From Tenacibaculum phage PTm1, in sequence record AP019524.1: 32,000 nt of DNA, one strand, 5' to 3'. Each line of letters opens with the position of its first letter. Position 1 is the stretch's first letter. The notes below the pieces were generated by a model, which worked only from the letters and a program-made list of their open reading frames with translations, made no database searches and was not told where the DNA came from. Both the position numbers and the translations under genes were made by a program. Of the stretch, positions 8,944-21,271 are shown one piece after another.

Positions 8944-11089
8944 ATGAGTAAAAAGCGAGAGGAACACAAAGTATTAGATGCTAGGACACAGGCGTATTTG
9001 AAGCCAGGTATGTGGATTGGCGAAACAAAAATAACAACATCAACATATGCTATACTAATTGATGGATTAATACAACACAAAGAAGTTGAATATGTACCAG
9101 CATTAGTAAAGTTAATTGAAGAGATTTACACAAACTCATCCGATGAACATATTAGAACTATCAACAATAAAAACTTCGTGGGTGGGTATTAGATAAAGTT
9201 TCTATTGATGTACGACTTGATGGATGGGTAACAGTTAGAGATAACGGTGGAATTACAACAGAATTACATTCTAGTGGTGTTAGAACACCTAAAGCAATAT
9301 TCGGTAATTTATTTTCATCATCAAATTATGATGAAAATGAGGCTAAGAAAGTTGCTGGAACAAATGGTGTTGGTTCTGCATTAACAAACATATTTTCCAA
9401 GGAGTTTAACGTTACTACAGCAGATGGTAAAAATAAACTACATATTCGTTGGAGTGATAATATGAAAAAGTGTGAGACTGTATCATATAAGAAATCAAAG
9501 GAACATTTCACAGAAGTAAGATTTAAATTAGATTTAGATAGATTTAAACTTAGTGAATTAAACTATGGAACTATTAAAATGATTGAGGCTAAAGTTATAG
9601 CAATGAGTGCATATAACAATGGTTTAACAGTTTCATTTAATGGTGAGGATTATAAGTTTAAATCATTATTAGACTATGTTAAGTTATATGGTTTTAATGA
9701 TAGTGAAATTATATATGAAAAGAATGATGATTGGGAACATTGTATAACACCTAATATTGATGCAAATGGTTATCATATAGGATTAATTAATGGTGCATTA
9801 TGTTGTGATGGTGAAATAAAGAAACACCACGAAAAGGCAACTGTTGATAGTATTAGAAAGTTCTTAAAAACACCAACCTTTAAGAAATATAATGATGGTG
9901 AAACAATTGAACCAACATATCAATCAATCACACAAAGATTTAATTCATTCGTAAAGGCTGAGGTTATTAATCCTGAATATGACTCACAATCAAAAGATAA
10001 ATTAACAACATCACCATTAATATTAGATGGTGATAAATATAGAGATAGAAAGTTTAATATTGATAAAAAGATTAATGTTGAGTTCGCTACAATTGGGTCA
10101 TTAATTGATTGGTATACACAAAAGAAAAATGCGGAGGAAGCTGGTGAGGTTCGAAAGAAAGTTAGAGAATTAAAAAAGAAAGATGTTAAATCAGTACGAA
10201 AGTTAGTTGATGCTACATCAAAAACTAAATCAACAAGAGCGAAATGTGATTTATTTATTTTCGAGGGTGATTCTGCTGGTAAGTCTTTCCGTTCAACACG
10301 AGAACCAAAAACACAAGGTGCATTATTTCTAAGAGGTAAGTGTAAGCAAGCATATGGAATGACAACATTAAACGTACTAAAGAATGAGGAGTTTTCTAAT
10401 ATAGTACTTGCATTAGGTCTTGACCCAACAAAACCTGATGAGGTTGATAACTTACGATTTAGACGTGTTATTATTTGTACGGATGCAGACCGTGATGGTG
10501 ATGGAATCTGTGGACAATTATTAACATTCTTCATGGTACATTTCCCAAAGTTAGTTGAAAAAGGTATGATTTACCGTTCTACAACACCATTATATGTTGC
10601 ATCAAAGGGTAAACAAAGAAAGTACTTTTATTCACAATCAGAATTTGATTCATTCAAAGGTAAAGGATGGACAACAAAATATATGAAAGGTTTGGGTTCT
10701 TTATTAAAAGAACATTACAAACACATATTAACCGAACCTAGATTGATTAGGTTTAAGTCAACTGATGATACGTTTAAAATTATTACCGATTGGATGGGTA
10801 AGAACTCAACTATGAGAAAACAATATTTATCACAAAAAGTGCAATAGATAATTTACACTTTGATATGCAAAGTGGAATGTTAGATGATGAATATACAAAC
10901 TTCACACATCAAATAATGTGGTATGGTAATATGAAAACATATGCTAGATTTTATGACATTCCATTTGCATTAATGAAACTTGGTGACCAACTAAGTAAAC
11001 CTGAGAATAGAAAAATGGAACAGGGTATGTTGTATGCAAAGAAGAAAACAATATACTTTTTTGGTAACTCTAAATGTGAATTACATTAA
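8944..11089 (+). CDS. type II DNA topoisomerase large subunit (T4 gp39-like), broken near 9184 and 10838
   Basis: GHKL/Toprim signatures: VRDNGGITTELHSSGVRTPKAIFGNLFSSSNYDENEAKKVAGTNGVGSALTNIFSKEF; FEGDSAGKS; ICTDADRDGDGI. The three pieces join after adding one base to a G run near 9184 and one to the A run near 10838 (SQKSAIDNLHFDMQSGMLDDEYTNFTH). Confidence 0.88.
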
Positions 11090-11100
11090 AAAATATAAAT

Positions 11101-12470
11101 ATGAAAGAACAAATTGTAGAAATACCTGATTTTTTCAGGATGAGGATAATGGATATTTAGGTTATGCTAGATATTCGGTAGAGAATCGTGCATTACCATC
11201 TATTATTGATGGTCAGAAGCCAGGTGCTAGGAAGCTATTACACTCAGCATTAAAAACACTTAAAGGTGAGCAGAAGTATTTAAAACTTGTTGGTGCTACT
11301 TATGAACACTCGCTATACCATCACGGTGATAAGGCATTAATTGATACCATCACCACACTATCACAACATTATAGTGATAACTTAGCACCGTTTAAGATTA
11401 TTGGAGCAGAACCTGAATTACGTTCGCATGGTACGGCATCACCTCGTTACCTTGGTATCAAGTTATCGAAATATGCTGAATTATATAAGCAGGATTCAAA
11501 TATTTTGGAACATAAATATGAAGATGGTCAAAAGATAGAACCAAAATATTATCTTCCGTTAATTCCTATTGCATTAACAAAACGAACTAGTGGTATGGGT
11601 CTTGGTTACAAATATGAATCAAGTATATCATATTGCCCTTTGTCTATAATTGATGCATGTATATCACACTTAAAGAAGTCAAAGAAAGTTTCACAACTTT
11701 TACCGTACATTAAAGGTTATACAGGCAACTATAAATTTTCTGAGGATGGTAGAGTATGGGCATCCGCAAAGTATGTTCATAAAGGTAGTAAAATTACTGT
11801 TACTGAATTAGTACCATCGGTTACTTTTGAAAAGTATGAAGAGATTTTAGATAAAGCAAAAGCCAACGAACATATTCTAGATTGGGAAAACAATTCAAAG
11901 GATGATAATATTGAATATGTAATTAAGGGTAATACATCAACTTTTGATAAATTATTCAAATCAGGTAGAATATATTCATTATTAAAGTTAGGTGAATATT
12001 TCAAGCGACCTACTTTAACCATGCTAGATGAGTTTGGAAAGGTTATCGAATTTGATACTGTAGAAGAGATTTTAAGGTACTTTACCGATTTTAGGTTACG
12101 AATGTACGATAAAACAAAAGAATCGAAAATAACGACACTACAGAACGAAATACAACACAAGAACCATATCATTAAGTTCATTGAATTGTATTTGAATGGT
12201 AAAATTAAGTTAGATAAGAATACACCAATTGAAAAAACAATTTCTGTTCTTGATAAACATAAGTTACCACACTTTGTATTAGATATTAAAATTAGAAAGT
12301 TAACAAAGGAAGAGTATAACAAACTTAAAGGTGAAGTTAGTGATTTAGAGAATCAATTAAAGCGTGTTAAAAACACACCAAATTTAAAAATGTATCTAGA
12401 AGACTTACATAATCTAAAGAAAGATTTAAAAAATGATTTTTCTAAAATAAACAATTACGAAAATGAATAG
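11101..12470 (+). CDS. type II DNA topoisomerase subunit with breakage-reunion domain (T4 gp52-like), broken near 11135
   Basis: After adding one T to the T run at 11130-11135: MKEQIVEIPDFFQDEDNGYLGYARYSVENRALPSIIDGQKPGARKLLHSALKT...YEHSLYHHGDKALIDTI...ELRSHGTASPRYLGIKLSKY, typical of GyrA/gp52-type subunits. Confidence 0.87.
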
Positions 12471-12657
12471 AGAGACTAAAGATTATTTCAGATATATTTT
12501 TCATTTTATAACAATATGTTCATTCTTTGGTGGATTTGGTGGGTGGTATTTAGAAAAATATCAATCACTTCCGACAGATAGTTGTATTGGTTTACCATTC
12601 ATTGCAATTATTGGATATTTGGTTGCATCTTTTATGATTGAGTATATACATAAATAA
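12463..12657 (+). CDS. small membrane protein
   Basis: 64 aa with two hydrophobic stretches; overlaps the upstream gene end. Confidence 0.55.
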   Translation: MNRETKDYFRYIFHFITICSFFGGFGGWYLEKYQSLPTDSCIGLPFIAIIGYLVASFMIEYIHK

Positions 12658-12703
12658 TACGTAGAAAAATTGTAAACATGTTTTGTGTTCCAATTTTTTT
12701 GTT

Positions 12704-12711
12704 TATATTTG
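12704..12711 (+). promoter_or_regulatory. Bacteroidota-type -7 element
   Basis: TATATTTG followed by TCAAACAAA, upstream of ATG 12731. Confidence 0.6.
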
Positions 12712-12730
12712 TCAAACAAAAGTAAAGGAT

Positions 12731-12922
12731 ATGAACATAAAAAATACAGCATTAAAAATCTCAAAGGTTATAAAATCGTGTAAGACACATGGGCAACTAA
12801 CCTCAGCTAAAAATATGTTTAATGGATTTACAATGTTTTATTATGAAAGTGATAAATATTGGGAATATTACAATTCATTACAGATAGAATTTAATGAAGC
12901 TAAAAACAAACTAAACCGATAA
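12731..12922 (+). CDS. hypothetical protein
   Basis: Internal ATG (MNIKNTALKISKVIKSCK) downstream of the promoter motif is preferred over the track start at 12683. Confidence 0.55.
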   Translation: MNIKNTALKISKVIKSCKTHGQLTSAKNMFNGFTMFYYESDKYWEYYNSLQIEFNEAKNKLNR

Positions 12923-12926
12923 AAAT

Positions 12927-13106
12927 ATGTGTAATTCAATAAAATCATCAACTTTAGATAGACAGGCTTTTAATGAGTGGTTTAATGATGGTAACGCTGT
13001 AAAGGTAGGAGTAGATAAATATTTAGAACAAACTACTCAATATAGAACGACTTTTACATTACGTGAATTAGAATTATTTTTTATAAGAGAATATCAAATA
13101 CAATAA
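12927..13106 (+). CDS. hypothetical small protein (59 aa)
   Basis: MCNSIKSSTLDRQAFNEWFNDGNAVKVGVDKYLEQTTQYRTTFTLRELELFFIREYQIQ. Confidence 0.45.
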   Translation: MCNSIKSSTLDRQAFNEWFNDGNAVKVGVDKYLEQTTQYRTTFTLRELELFFIREYQIQ

Positions 13107-13111
13107 AGATT

Positions 13112-15128
<2,017 letters not shown>

Positions 15129-15152
<24 letters not shown>

Positions 15153-15449
15153 TAGTGCATCAATAACCTCAACACACTTCTTACATTCGTTTATGAAATT
15201 TAATGCTTGGTTATCGGTTATAGTAAACCATTCACCACGCTTTCTAGATGATGCATATTTTAGGTGCATCATCTTTTCAACACGTAAGTAATGTTTTGTC
15301 CTGAATGTATCAACAACCATAATTGTAGCTGAATTTCCAGTTTGTAACTGTTTAACACGCTTATCAACATCACCAGTTGTGAACCCTATTTTAAAAGAGC
15401 GTTCATCATTTCTATAATCTTCTAATAAATATATTGTACCTATTTTCAT
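15129..15449 (-). CDS. T5orf172/MUG113-like protein of the GIY-YIG nuclease superfamily
   Basis: GTIYLLEDYRNDERSFKIGFTTGDVDKRVKQLQTGNSATIMVVDTF...VEKMMHLKYASSRKRGEWF shows the (G)IY...KIG...R...LQTGN...E...H...R.GEWF pattern. Confidence 0.75.
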
Positions 15450-15495
15450 AAATTATGTATATGGTTGTTTAATACTATAAACAATTTTATACATT

Positions 15496-15810
15496 ATGAA
15501 TATTACTAAACTACAAAAAGAATTTACAGGTATTGGTTCTGAGGTTCGTGGATTCAAATTTAAACAGGTTCGAGAATCTGATTTAGGTTATATCTACGAA
15601 GTTGATAGCGGAACTACAAAATACTTTGAGGTATTTAAAAAGAAAACTGTTGCTGTTTGTCTAAATTTTGAGCAAAGAATATTTTCTGAAACTGACTTCA
15701 AAGAAACATATCCAAAGGCATCTGAGTTTGGATATACTGCATGGACATATGATAAATTGCAACGTGCAGTTGAAAAATTAGAAACATTTAAGAAAAAATC
15801 TGAGAAATAA
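15496..15810 (+). CDS. hypothetical protein
   Basis: 104-aa ORF; its stop codon lies in a terminator loop. Confidence 0.65.
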   Translation: MNITKLQKEFTGIGSEVRGFKFKQVRESDLGYIYEVDSGTTKYFEVFKKKTVAVCLNFEQRIFSETDFKETYPKASEFGYTAWTYDKLQRAVEKLETFKKKSEK

Positions 15811-15827
15811 TTCTCAGATTTTTTTGT
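15793..15827 (+). terminator. rho-independent terminator overlapping a gene end
   Basis: AAAAAATCTGAGAA-ataa-TTCTCAGATTTTTT followed by T's. Confidence 0.9.
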
Positions 15828-15844
15828 TTTTAAAATAATAGTTG

Positions 15845-15852
15845 TATATTTG
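15845..15852 (+). promoter_or_regulatory. Bacteroidota-type -7 element
   Basis: TATATTTG followed by TCAAACAAA, upstream of ATG 15884. Confidence 0.6.
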
Positions 15853-15883
15853 TCAAACAAAGTCAAAACAAAATATTATAATT

Positions 15884-16090
15884 ATGAAAAATACATTCAC
15901 ATTAATTCTTGTTAAAGATTCATTTGGTAACACAGCTTACAATACTGTAGAAGACACTTCTGATACAATTATGTTAAGTGATTTAAGAGACAAAGATAAT
16001 CAACCTATTTATTTTGAATCAGAGGCATATCATGCATGTTCATTAGAGCAAGATGGTTGTGAAAATGATTTAAAAGTCATTCGATTTTGA
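15884..16090 (+). CDS. hypothetical protein
   Basis: ATG at 15884 (MKNTFTLILVKDSFGNTAYN) sits downstream of the promoter motif. Confidence 0.6.
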   Translation: MKNTFTLILVKDSFGNTAYNTVEDTSDTIMLSDLRDKDNQPIYFESEAYHACSLEQDGCENDLKVIRF

Positions 16091-16761
16091 AACTGAATTT
16101 AATAACGCATAAAACTAGAAGCATGAATTTACAAGATTTAAAAAACAGTCAAGAGTATATATTAAATATTAAAGACGTTAATGGTGCAATAGCATGTGTC
16201 GAAAGAATAAAAAACACTAATAGTATTTTATATAAAGTTAATAAACATACATCAGTTTATTACAACTATGATGGTACATATGGTATTCATGTTGATTTAC
16301 ATGGATATAAATACAAAAAAGATTATAACGGTGATTGGGTTGTTGTGTTTCCTGATAACCAACCACAGAAATTAGATGTTGTTCTTGATGTTGCATCAGT
16401 TATTGAATCACACAAGACATATTTATTAGATATACAAAACCAACTAAGAACAACACTAGCCGAACAATTAAGAAAGCATATGTTGGCTAATGAAATTTCA
16501 AAGTTTGGTCACGTACCTTATGATTATAAATGTGTCTTAAATACACTTAAATTAGCTGGTATTATTACATCCAACCAAGATACAATAAACTCTCACAACG
16601 TATTTATTTCAGTTAATAAAAATAATGTTGACCGTGTACAAGAATTAACACATGATAAGTTCAGTACAAAAAGAGATTGTATGAGTGGTTTGTATAGAAA
16701 ATTCGTAACACTAGACAAACTAATCAAATTAGTTGAAGAGTATAATTCAATTGAAGACTAA
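16087..16761 (+). CDS. hypothetical protein
   Basis: 224-aa ORF, overlapping both neighbours. Confidence 0.7.
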   Translation: MKLNLITHKTRSMNLQDLKNSQEYILNIKDVNGAIACVERIKNTNSILYKVNKHTSVYYNYDGTYGIHVDLHGYKYKKDYNGDWVVVFPDNQPQKLDVVLDVASVIESHKTYLLDIQNQLRTTLAEQLRKHMLANEISKFGHVPYDYKCVLNTLKLAGIITSNQDTINSHNVFISVNKNNVDRVQELTHDKFSTKRDCMSGLYRKFVTLDKLIKLVEEYNSIED

Positions 16762-18176
16762 TGAAAAGACAAATATTTTGTAGGTTTGATAACCAAGCCG
16801 ATTTAAATACACTATCCAGCTTTTTACCAAGGAAAATAGACACGACAATAGCTGAATATGACCTTGATGATAATAAGGTCTTAAAGTTAAGTAAACGTAA
16901 ACATTTACCAGTTAACTTTGGTGAGGATAAGTATGGATGGCGACACCATTATAGAGGTATGCCAATATTCCAAAGTAAGGAAGTACTACCATATCACCTA
17001 ATCATATTTCATACGACAAAATCACCAAGTGAATTAACTGAGTTATTTAAACAACAAGTAACAGACCGAACAAAAAGTATTTGGTTTCCTCAGCTAGAAG
17101 TTGGTAAACATTCAAAATATAGATTAGTTTGTGGTGAATCAAATAACAAATATCCAATATATGTTGTTTCAAAGGGTCGTTCAAATAACTGTTCAACCTC
17201 AAAATACTTATCACAAATGGAAGTAAAACATTTCGTTGCGGTAGAACCAAATGAAGTTAGTTCATATAAGTCTGAGTTAGATTTGAATTATGCTACCGTA
17301 TTGGAAATGGATATGTCGTATAAGGATAATTATGATACGTTTAGTGATTTGGGTAAGAATAGTAGTACAGGGCCAGGTGCGGTGAGGAATTTTTGTTGGG
17401 AACATTCAATAAAAAATGGTCATAAGTGGCATTGGGTTATGGATGATAATGCTATTGAGGGATTCCATTACTTATACCAAAACACAAAGATTAAATCTAG
17501 AACTGGTGCATATTTTAGAGCGTGTGAGGATTTTGTTGATAGATATGATAATATTGCTATTGGTGGATTAAATTACACAATGTTTTGTAAGATGACAGAT
17601 AAAACACCACCTTATATTTTAAACACACGTATTTATTCATTCCTACTTATTAGAAATGATATTCCATATCGTTGGAGGGGTAGATATAATGAGGATACTG
17701 ATTTATCACTTAGGGTTCTTAAAGATGATTGGTGTACTATTCAATTCAATTTCTTTTTGGCTGGTAAATCTACCACACAGCGAGTTAGTGGAGGTAATAC
17801 AAAAGAGTTCTATAAAGAAGAGGGTACTAAGAATAAATCACAAATGTTGGTTGATATGCATCCTGATGTAGCCAAAATGATTTGGCGTTTTAATAGATGG
17901 CATCACACAGTAGATTATTCAGGATTTAAACAACGTTTGAAACTTAACGATAACATTAACCTAAAAGGAATACCAAAGGTTGATAATTATGGTACAAAAA
18001 TTATAAAAACTATTGAAGAAGAAACAAGCCATTCAAAGATGTGGTTAGAATCTAAATATAGTTCACAATTATCTAATTACAAACCACCAGTATTCAACAC
18101 ATACGATAAAGAACCTAGTAGAAAAAAACCTTTATCATTCGCAGAATTAATGCGAGCAAAAAAATCCAAGAAATAA
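16761..18176 (+). CDS. probable TET-associated-type (TAGT) glycosyltransferase, putative DNA-base hypermodification enzyme
   Basis: YPIYVVSKGRSNNCSTSKYLSQMEVKHFVAVEPNE, YATVLEMDMSY, GPGAVRNFCWEHSIKNGHKWHWVMDDNAIEGF, YNEDTDLSLRVLKDDWCT: glycosyltransferase-A-like DDN and EDTD motifs in the arrangement recalled for phage TAGT proteins. Confidence 0.68.
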   Translation: MKRQIFCRFDNQADLNTLSSFLPRKIDTTIAEYDLDDNKVLKLSKRKHLPVNFGEDKYGWRHHYRGMPIFQSKEVLPYHLIIFHTTKSPSELTELFKQQVTDRTKSIWFPQLEVGKHSKYRLVCGESNNKYPIYVVSKGRSNNCSTSKYLSQMEVKHFVAVEPNEVSSYKSELDLNYATVLEMDMSYKDNYDTFSDLGKNSSTGPGAVRNFCWEHSIKNGHKWHWVMDDNAIEGFHYLYQNTKIKSRTGAYFRACEDFVDRYDNIAIGGLNYTMFCKMTDKTPPYILNTRIYSFLLIRNDIPYRWRGRYNEDTDLSLRVLKDDWCTIQFNFFLAGKSTTQRVSGGNTKEFYKEEGTKNKSQMLVDMHPDVAKMIWRFNRWHHTVDYSGFKQRLKLNDNINLKGIPKVDNYGTKIIKTIEEETSHSKMWLESKYSSQLSNYKPPVFNTYDKEPSRKKPLSFAELMRAKKSKK

Positions 18177-18191
18177 TTCTTGGATTTTTTT
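18158..18191 (+). terminator. rho-independent terminator overlapping a gene end
   Basis: AAAAAAATCCAAGAA-ataa-TTCTTGGATTTTTTT; stop codon 18174-18176 is in the loop. Confidence 0.9.
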
Positions 18192-18211
18192 GTATTTTAA
18201 AATTAAAGTTG

Positions 18212-18219
18212 TATATTTG
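18212..18219 (+). promoter_or_regulatory. Bacteroidota-type -7 element
   Basis: TATATTTG upstream of ATG 18261. Confidence 0.55.
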
Positions 18220-18260
18220 ACTTGTCAAAAGAGAGATAATTAAATTAAAACAAATTAATC

Positions 18261-18401
18261 ATGTCAAATAAAAAAGCATTAGTAAGAAAGTTTAAAGCAA
18301 TGTCTAAACTGGCACAAGAATTAGGTTACTCAAATGTAAGAGAAGCTGAAAGAGCAGGTCAAGGTCATAAATTAAAAAGAGAATTTAATTTAGCAAGCTA
18401 A
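18261..18401 (+). CDS. small basic protein (46 aa)
   Basis: MSNKKALVRKFKAMSKLAQELGYSNVREAERAGQGHKLKREFNLAS; stop overlaps the next ATG at 18401. Confidence 0.55.
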   Translation: MSNKKALVRKFKAMSKLAQELGYSNVREAERAGQGHKLKREFNLAS

Positions 18402-18685
18402 TGGGTTTATATAAAGATTATATCAAACACGGCTTATTCTTCAATGGTGAGCAATTAACCCAAGAATCAATCGACAAATGTATTGAACAATGTATACAAA
18501 ACAAACAGGGTTGTATTGATGAGGTTCAAAGAGGTGAAGTTACTGTTAATGATAAAGAAAAATATTTCGAGTGGTGTAATAGTAACATCAAAAAGTATGA
18601 GAATAGAGACTTCAAAATTAGTCTAAGTTTCCTACAAAAAGCATATTATATACAAACAGGTAAGTGTGTAGCACTTTTACCATAA
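18401..18685 (+). CDS. hypothetical protein
   Basis: 94-aa ORF, translationally coupled to the preceding ORF. Confidence 0.65.
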   Translation: MGLYKDYIKHGLFFNGEQLTQESIDKCIEQCIQNKQGCIDEVQRGEVTVNDKEKYFEWCNSNIKKYENRDFKISLSFLQKAYYIQTGKCVALLP

Positions 18686-18695
18686 ATAAAAAGTA

Positions 18696-19262
18696 ATGAC
18701 AACAAAAGAATTAAAGACAAAAGTAATAGGGCATATAGATTCGATAACCGAAAAGAATGAGATTCCTGAACTATATCCATTCACAAAAGTTATTGAATTT
18801 CTTAAATCTTTAGAGGGTATCAAAGGGTTACCACTAGAAAAAGGTTTAGATGGTATTTTATTTAATTATAAAAATGCCTTTGAAAGTCTCAAAGCATTAG
18901 ATGGTGATGAACATAACTATTTAGCACATAAAACAAAATTCAAGACAACAATACACAGTCTTAGATATTTCTGTTCATGGTGTCTTAAATTGGTTAAATC
19001 AAGACCTGATATTACAGATGCCGAGTTAGTTGATGAATTTAAGTGGTATGTTGATTTCAGAGCAAATAAATTGATTACTGAAATTCTAGAGAATAATCCA
19101 CGAATGAACTCAACAAATCCAATTTCTAATTTAAAAGATGTTTATGGGAATGATACAAGAATCAGACTATATAAAGAATTGTTTTTACCATTGCAGTTGG
19201 CAAAGAATGGTGAATCATTCGACTCATTCCTAGCAATGCAACGAAAGTTCCTTACTAATTAG
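18696..19262 (+). CDS. hypothetical protein
   Basis: 188-aa ORF followed by a terminator. Confidence 0.7.
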   Translation: MTTKELKTKVIGHIDSITEKNEIPELYPFTKVIEFLKSLEGIKGLPLEKGLDGILFNYKNAFESLKALDGDEHNYLAHKTKFKTTIHSLRYFCSWCLKLVKSRPDITDAELVDEFKWYVDFRANKLITEILENNPRMNSTNPISNLKDVYGNDTRIRLYKELFLPLQLAKNGESFDSFLAMQRKFLTN

Positions 19263-19280
19263 TAAATATTATAAATAAGC

Positions 19281-19314
19281 AAAAAATCCTTTTGATATTT
19301 CAAAAGGATTTTTT
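19281..19314 (+). terminator. rho-independent terminator
   Basis: AAAAAATCCTTTTGA-tatt-TCAAAAGGATTTTTT. Confidence 0.9.
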
Positions 19315-19346
19315 ATATTTGAAGTGTCAAACAAAAAGAGATACTT
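19314..19346 (+). promoter_or_regulatory. promoter plus conserved leader
   Basis: TATATTTGAAGTGTCAAACAAAAAGAGATACTT before ATG 19347, nearly identical to 21565-21597. Confidence 0.7.
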
Positions 19347-19848
19347 ATGAATAGTAAACAATTAGAAAACGTTAAGGTAGCAGTAAAAGAATTACAAGAC
19401 TTATATCATGCACAATACGACACTAAGAATGAAATATGTGTTGATGCGTTGACAAAAGATGTTGAAGTTGTTAGATTCCTTAGTAAAAAATCATTTTTGA
19501 TTCTTATGATATTAAAGTTCCTAAGGTTAAGCCATTCACAGCCGAGTATGTTTTAGAGCGTATTAGTAAGAAACAAAAATTGTGTATGTTAATTACACAG
19601 ATGTTTTCAAGACTATAATTGATAAAATTGAATTACCTAGACGTGTTAGCGCAACATCTTATGGTTTAGGTATTGAGGCAATATTTGGTACACGTGAAGA
19701 GAATTTTAAAGACATGCATGCGGTTGGTGATAAACTAAAAGAATATGGTATTGAGTTCACATACGGTGCATCTGAGGCTGAATGGGTACGTCAAATAAGA
19801 ATAAGTAAGAAGCAAAGTAATATAGACAGAATTAAAGCATTAAAATAA
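19347..19848 (+). CDS. hypothetical protein, broken near 19496 and 19575
   Basis: Adding one T and one A joins three frames: VVRFLSKKSFFDSYDIKVPKVKPFTAEYVLERISKKQKIVYVNYTDVFKTIIDKIELPRRVS. Confidence 0.65.
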
Positions 19849-20030
19849 TGAGTTCAACTAGAAACGAATCAATGACATGGTGGCATAATATGTCTTTGGA
19901 AGAGCAATTTTATAAAACAATAAAACACAATTCACTAATTGCTGGCGATAATACAAGACACCCACATACATTAACATCATCAGAAATTATTAAAATATAC
20001 GATGCAGAAAACGATACAAATCCAAGTTAA
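19848..20030 (+). CDS. hypothetical protein
   Basis: 60-aa ORF overlapping the previous stop. Confidence 0.5.
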   Translation: MSSTRNESMTWWHNMSLEEQFYKTIKHNSLIAGDNTRHPHTLTSSEIIKIYDAENDTNPS

Positions 20031-20364
20031 AATCTTTGTTGGTGACCTAGAACCAAAAGTTATTCGAAAGGTATTTAAATCAGATTCTGATAGTATTAAA
20101 TTTCTAGAGAAGTTAAATACTGATAAACTACAGACCATATATGAATTAACTACAGGCAATAATGATACATTTAAGCCATCAAAATATTTAATTAATAGTA
20201 CATCACCATACGGTACTAATTTTAATAGAAATCGGTATTTTAATGCTGATGCATACAAAACTATTAAAGTTCGTGATTTATATCACCAAATGGCAAATGA
20301 AAATAACATCCGCACCGAGGTTAAAATTTTAACAAAGAAAACTAATAAAACTTTTGGTAAATAA
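20002..20364 (+). CDS. hypothetical protein
   Basis: 120-aa ORF. Confidence 0.6.
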   Translation: MQKTIQIQVKIFVGDLEPKVIRKVFKSDSDSIKFLEKLNTDKLQTIYELTTGNNDTFKPSKYLINSTSPYGTNFNRNRYFNADAYKTIKVRDLYHQMANENNIRTEVKILTKKTNKTFGK

Positions 20365-20376
20365 AATAACATTCGC

Positions 20377-20408
20377 TATATTTGTATAGTAATTAAAAAG
20401 CGATAACA
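20377..20408 (+). promoter_or_regulatory. promoter plus leader
   Basis: TATATTTGTATAGTAATTAAAAAGCGATAACA before ATG 20409. Confidence 0.65.
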
Positions 20409-20609
20409 ATGTTAAACATAGTTCAAAATATTTCAGAAAACAATAATGGTGGTGAAGTTAAAGATTATAACATGCAAATCATACAAGACAAATTAAATGA
20501 GGTTGGTGTTGAAGAGGCTAAAGAGTGGTTACATTACCAAGCATTAATAACTTTAATGTATTCTGTTGAAGAGCGTGAAGAAATGTTAAAAAGAAAAAAT
20601 ATTAATTAA
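20409..20609 (+). CDS. hypothetical protein
   Basis: 66-aa ORF with its own promoter-like leader. Confidence 0.6.
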   Translation: MLNIVQNISENNNGGEVKDYNMQIIQDKLNEVGVEEAKEWLHYQALITLMYSVEEREEMLKRKNIN

Positions 20610-20637
20610 AACATTTCCTCAATTAAAAGTAAAACAT

Positions 20638-20668
20638 TATATTTGTATAGTAATTAAAACGATAAGAC
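20638..20668 (+). promoter_or_regulatory. promoter plus leader
   Basis: TATATTTGTATAGTAATTAAAACGATAAGAC before ATG 20669, near-copy of 20377-20408. Confidence 0.65.
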
Positions 20669-21217
20669 ATGAAAAATTTAATAGACCAACAATTTCAACA
20701 AGCTAGATTAATCGGTATGAATGATTATAAAAATGGTATTATTAGAGCAAGTGCACAAAGTACTGAATTGAATAAAATGTTTATCGGTAGAAATGTTGGT
20801 GAAACACCTGAGGGTGAAGCATCATCAATAGATTTAATGAAATTATGGTATGCAGGGTGGGATAAAGCTAAAGAATTAAAAGAAGACGAAATGAATAAAG
20901 CCGTAGAATATAAAAAAGGTATGTTAGTTAATATTTTAGTTGGTGGTTCACACGAACCTGTGGCGAAATATAAAAACCTTATTTTAGTTGGTGATAACGT
21001 TCCACAAATCCACGAAGTTCACGTAGATGAACCACACTTAGAAATTGGTCATATTAATTTCCGTGGTGAAGTTAGTACACACGCTAAATTGGTTACACCT
21101 GAACTTAAAGGTAAATGGCTTATGTTCTGTGGTAACTTCTGCACAACAACAGATTCAAGATTCAAAGAAATCTGTGGTCAAGATTGTATTAAAATTTTCA
21201 GTCGCCACGAGGGGTAA
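20669..21217 (+). CDS. hypothetical protein
   Basis: 182-aa ORF. Confidence 0.7.
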   Translation: MKNLIDQQFQQARLIGMNDYKNGIIRASAQSTELNKMFIGRNVGETPEGEASSIDLMKLWYAGWDKAKELKEDEMNKAVEYKKGMLVNILVGGSHEPVAKYKNLILVGDNVPQIHEVHVDEPHLEIGHINFRGEVSTHAKLVTPELKGKWLMFCGNFCTTTDSRFKEICGQDCIKIFSRHEG

Positions 21218-21243
21218 TACTTGCATATTAAAAAACAATTTTT

Positions 21244-21251
21244 TATATTTG
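21244..21251 (+). promoter_or_regulatory. Bacteroidota-type -7 element
   Basis: TATATTTG upstream of ATG 21272. Confidence 0.6.
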
Positions 21252-21271
21252 TATAACAAAAAACAAAGAAA

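Noticed and set aside
9920-10534. 204-aa minus-strand ORF.
   Set aside because: Lies entirely antisense to the conserved topoisomerase coding region, with no recognisable motif.
8944-11089. Topoisomerase large subunit appears in three ORFs, reminiscent of the T4 gp39/gp60 split and gp60 bypassing.
   Set aside because: Single-base additions to G and A runs restore a continuous protein, and the same error pattern affects unrelated genes. No canonical slippery heptamer is in frame at 9168-9174 (T AAA AAC).
11777-12322. 181-aa minus-strand ORF.
   Set aside because: Antisense shadow of the gp52-like gene.
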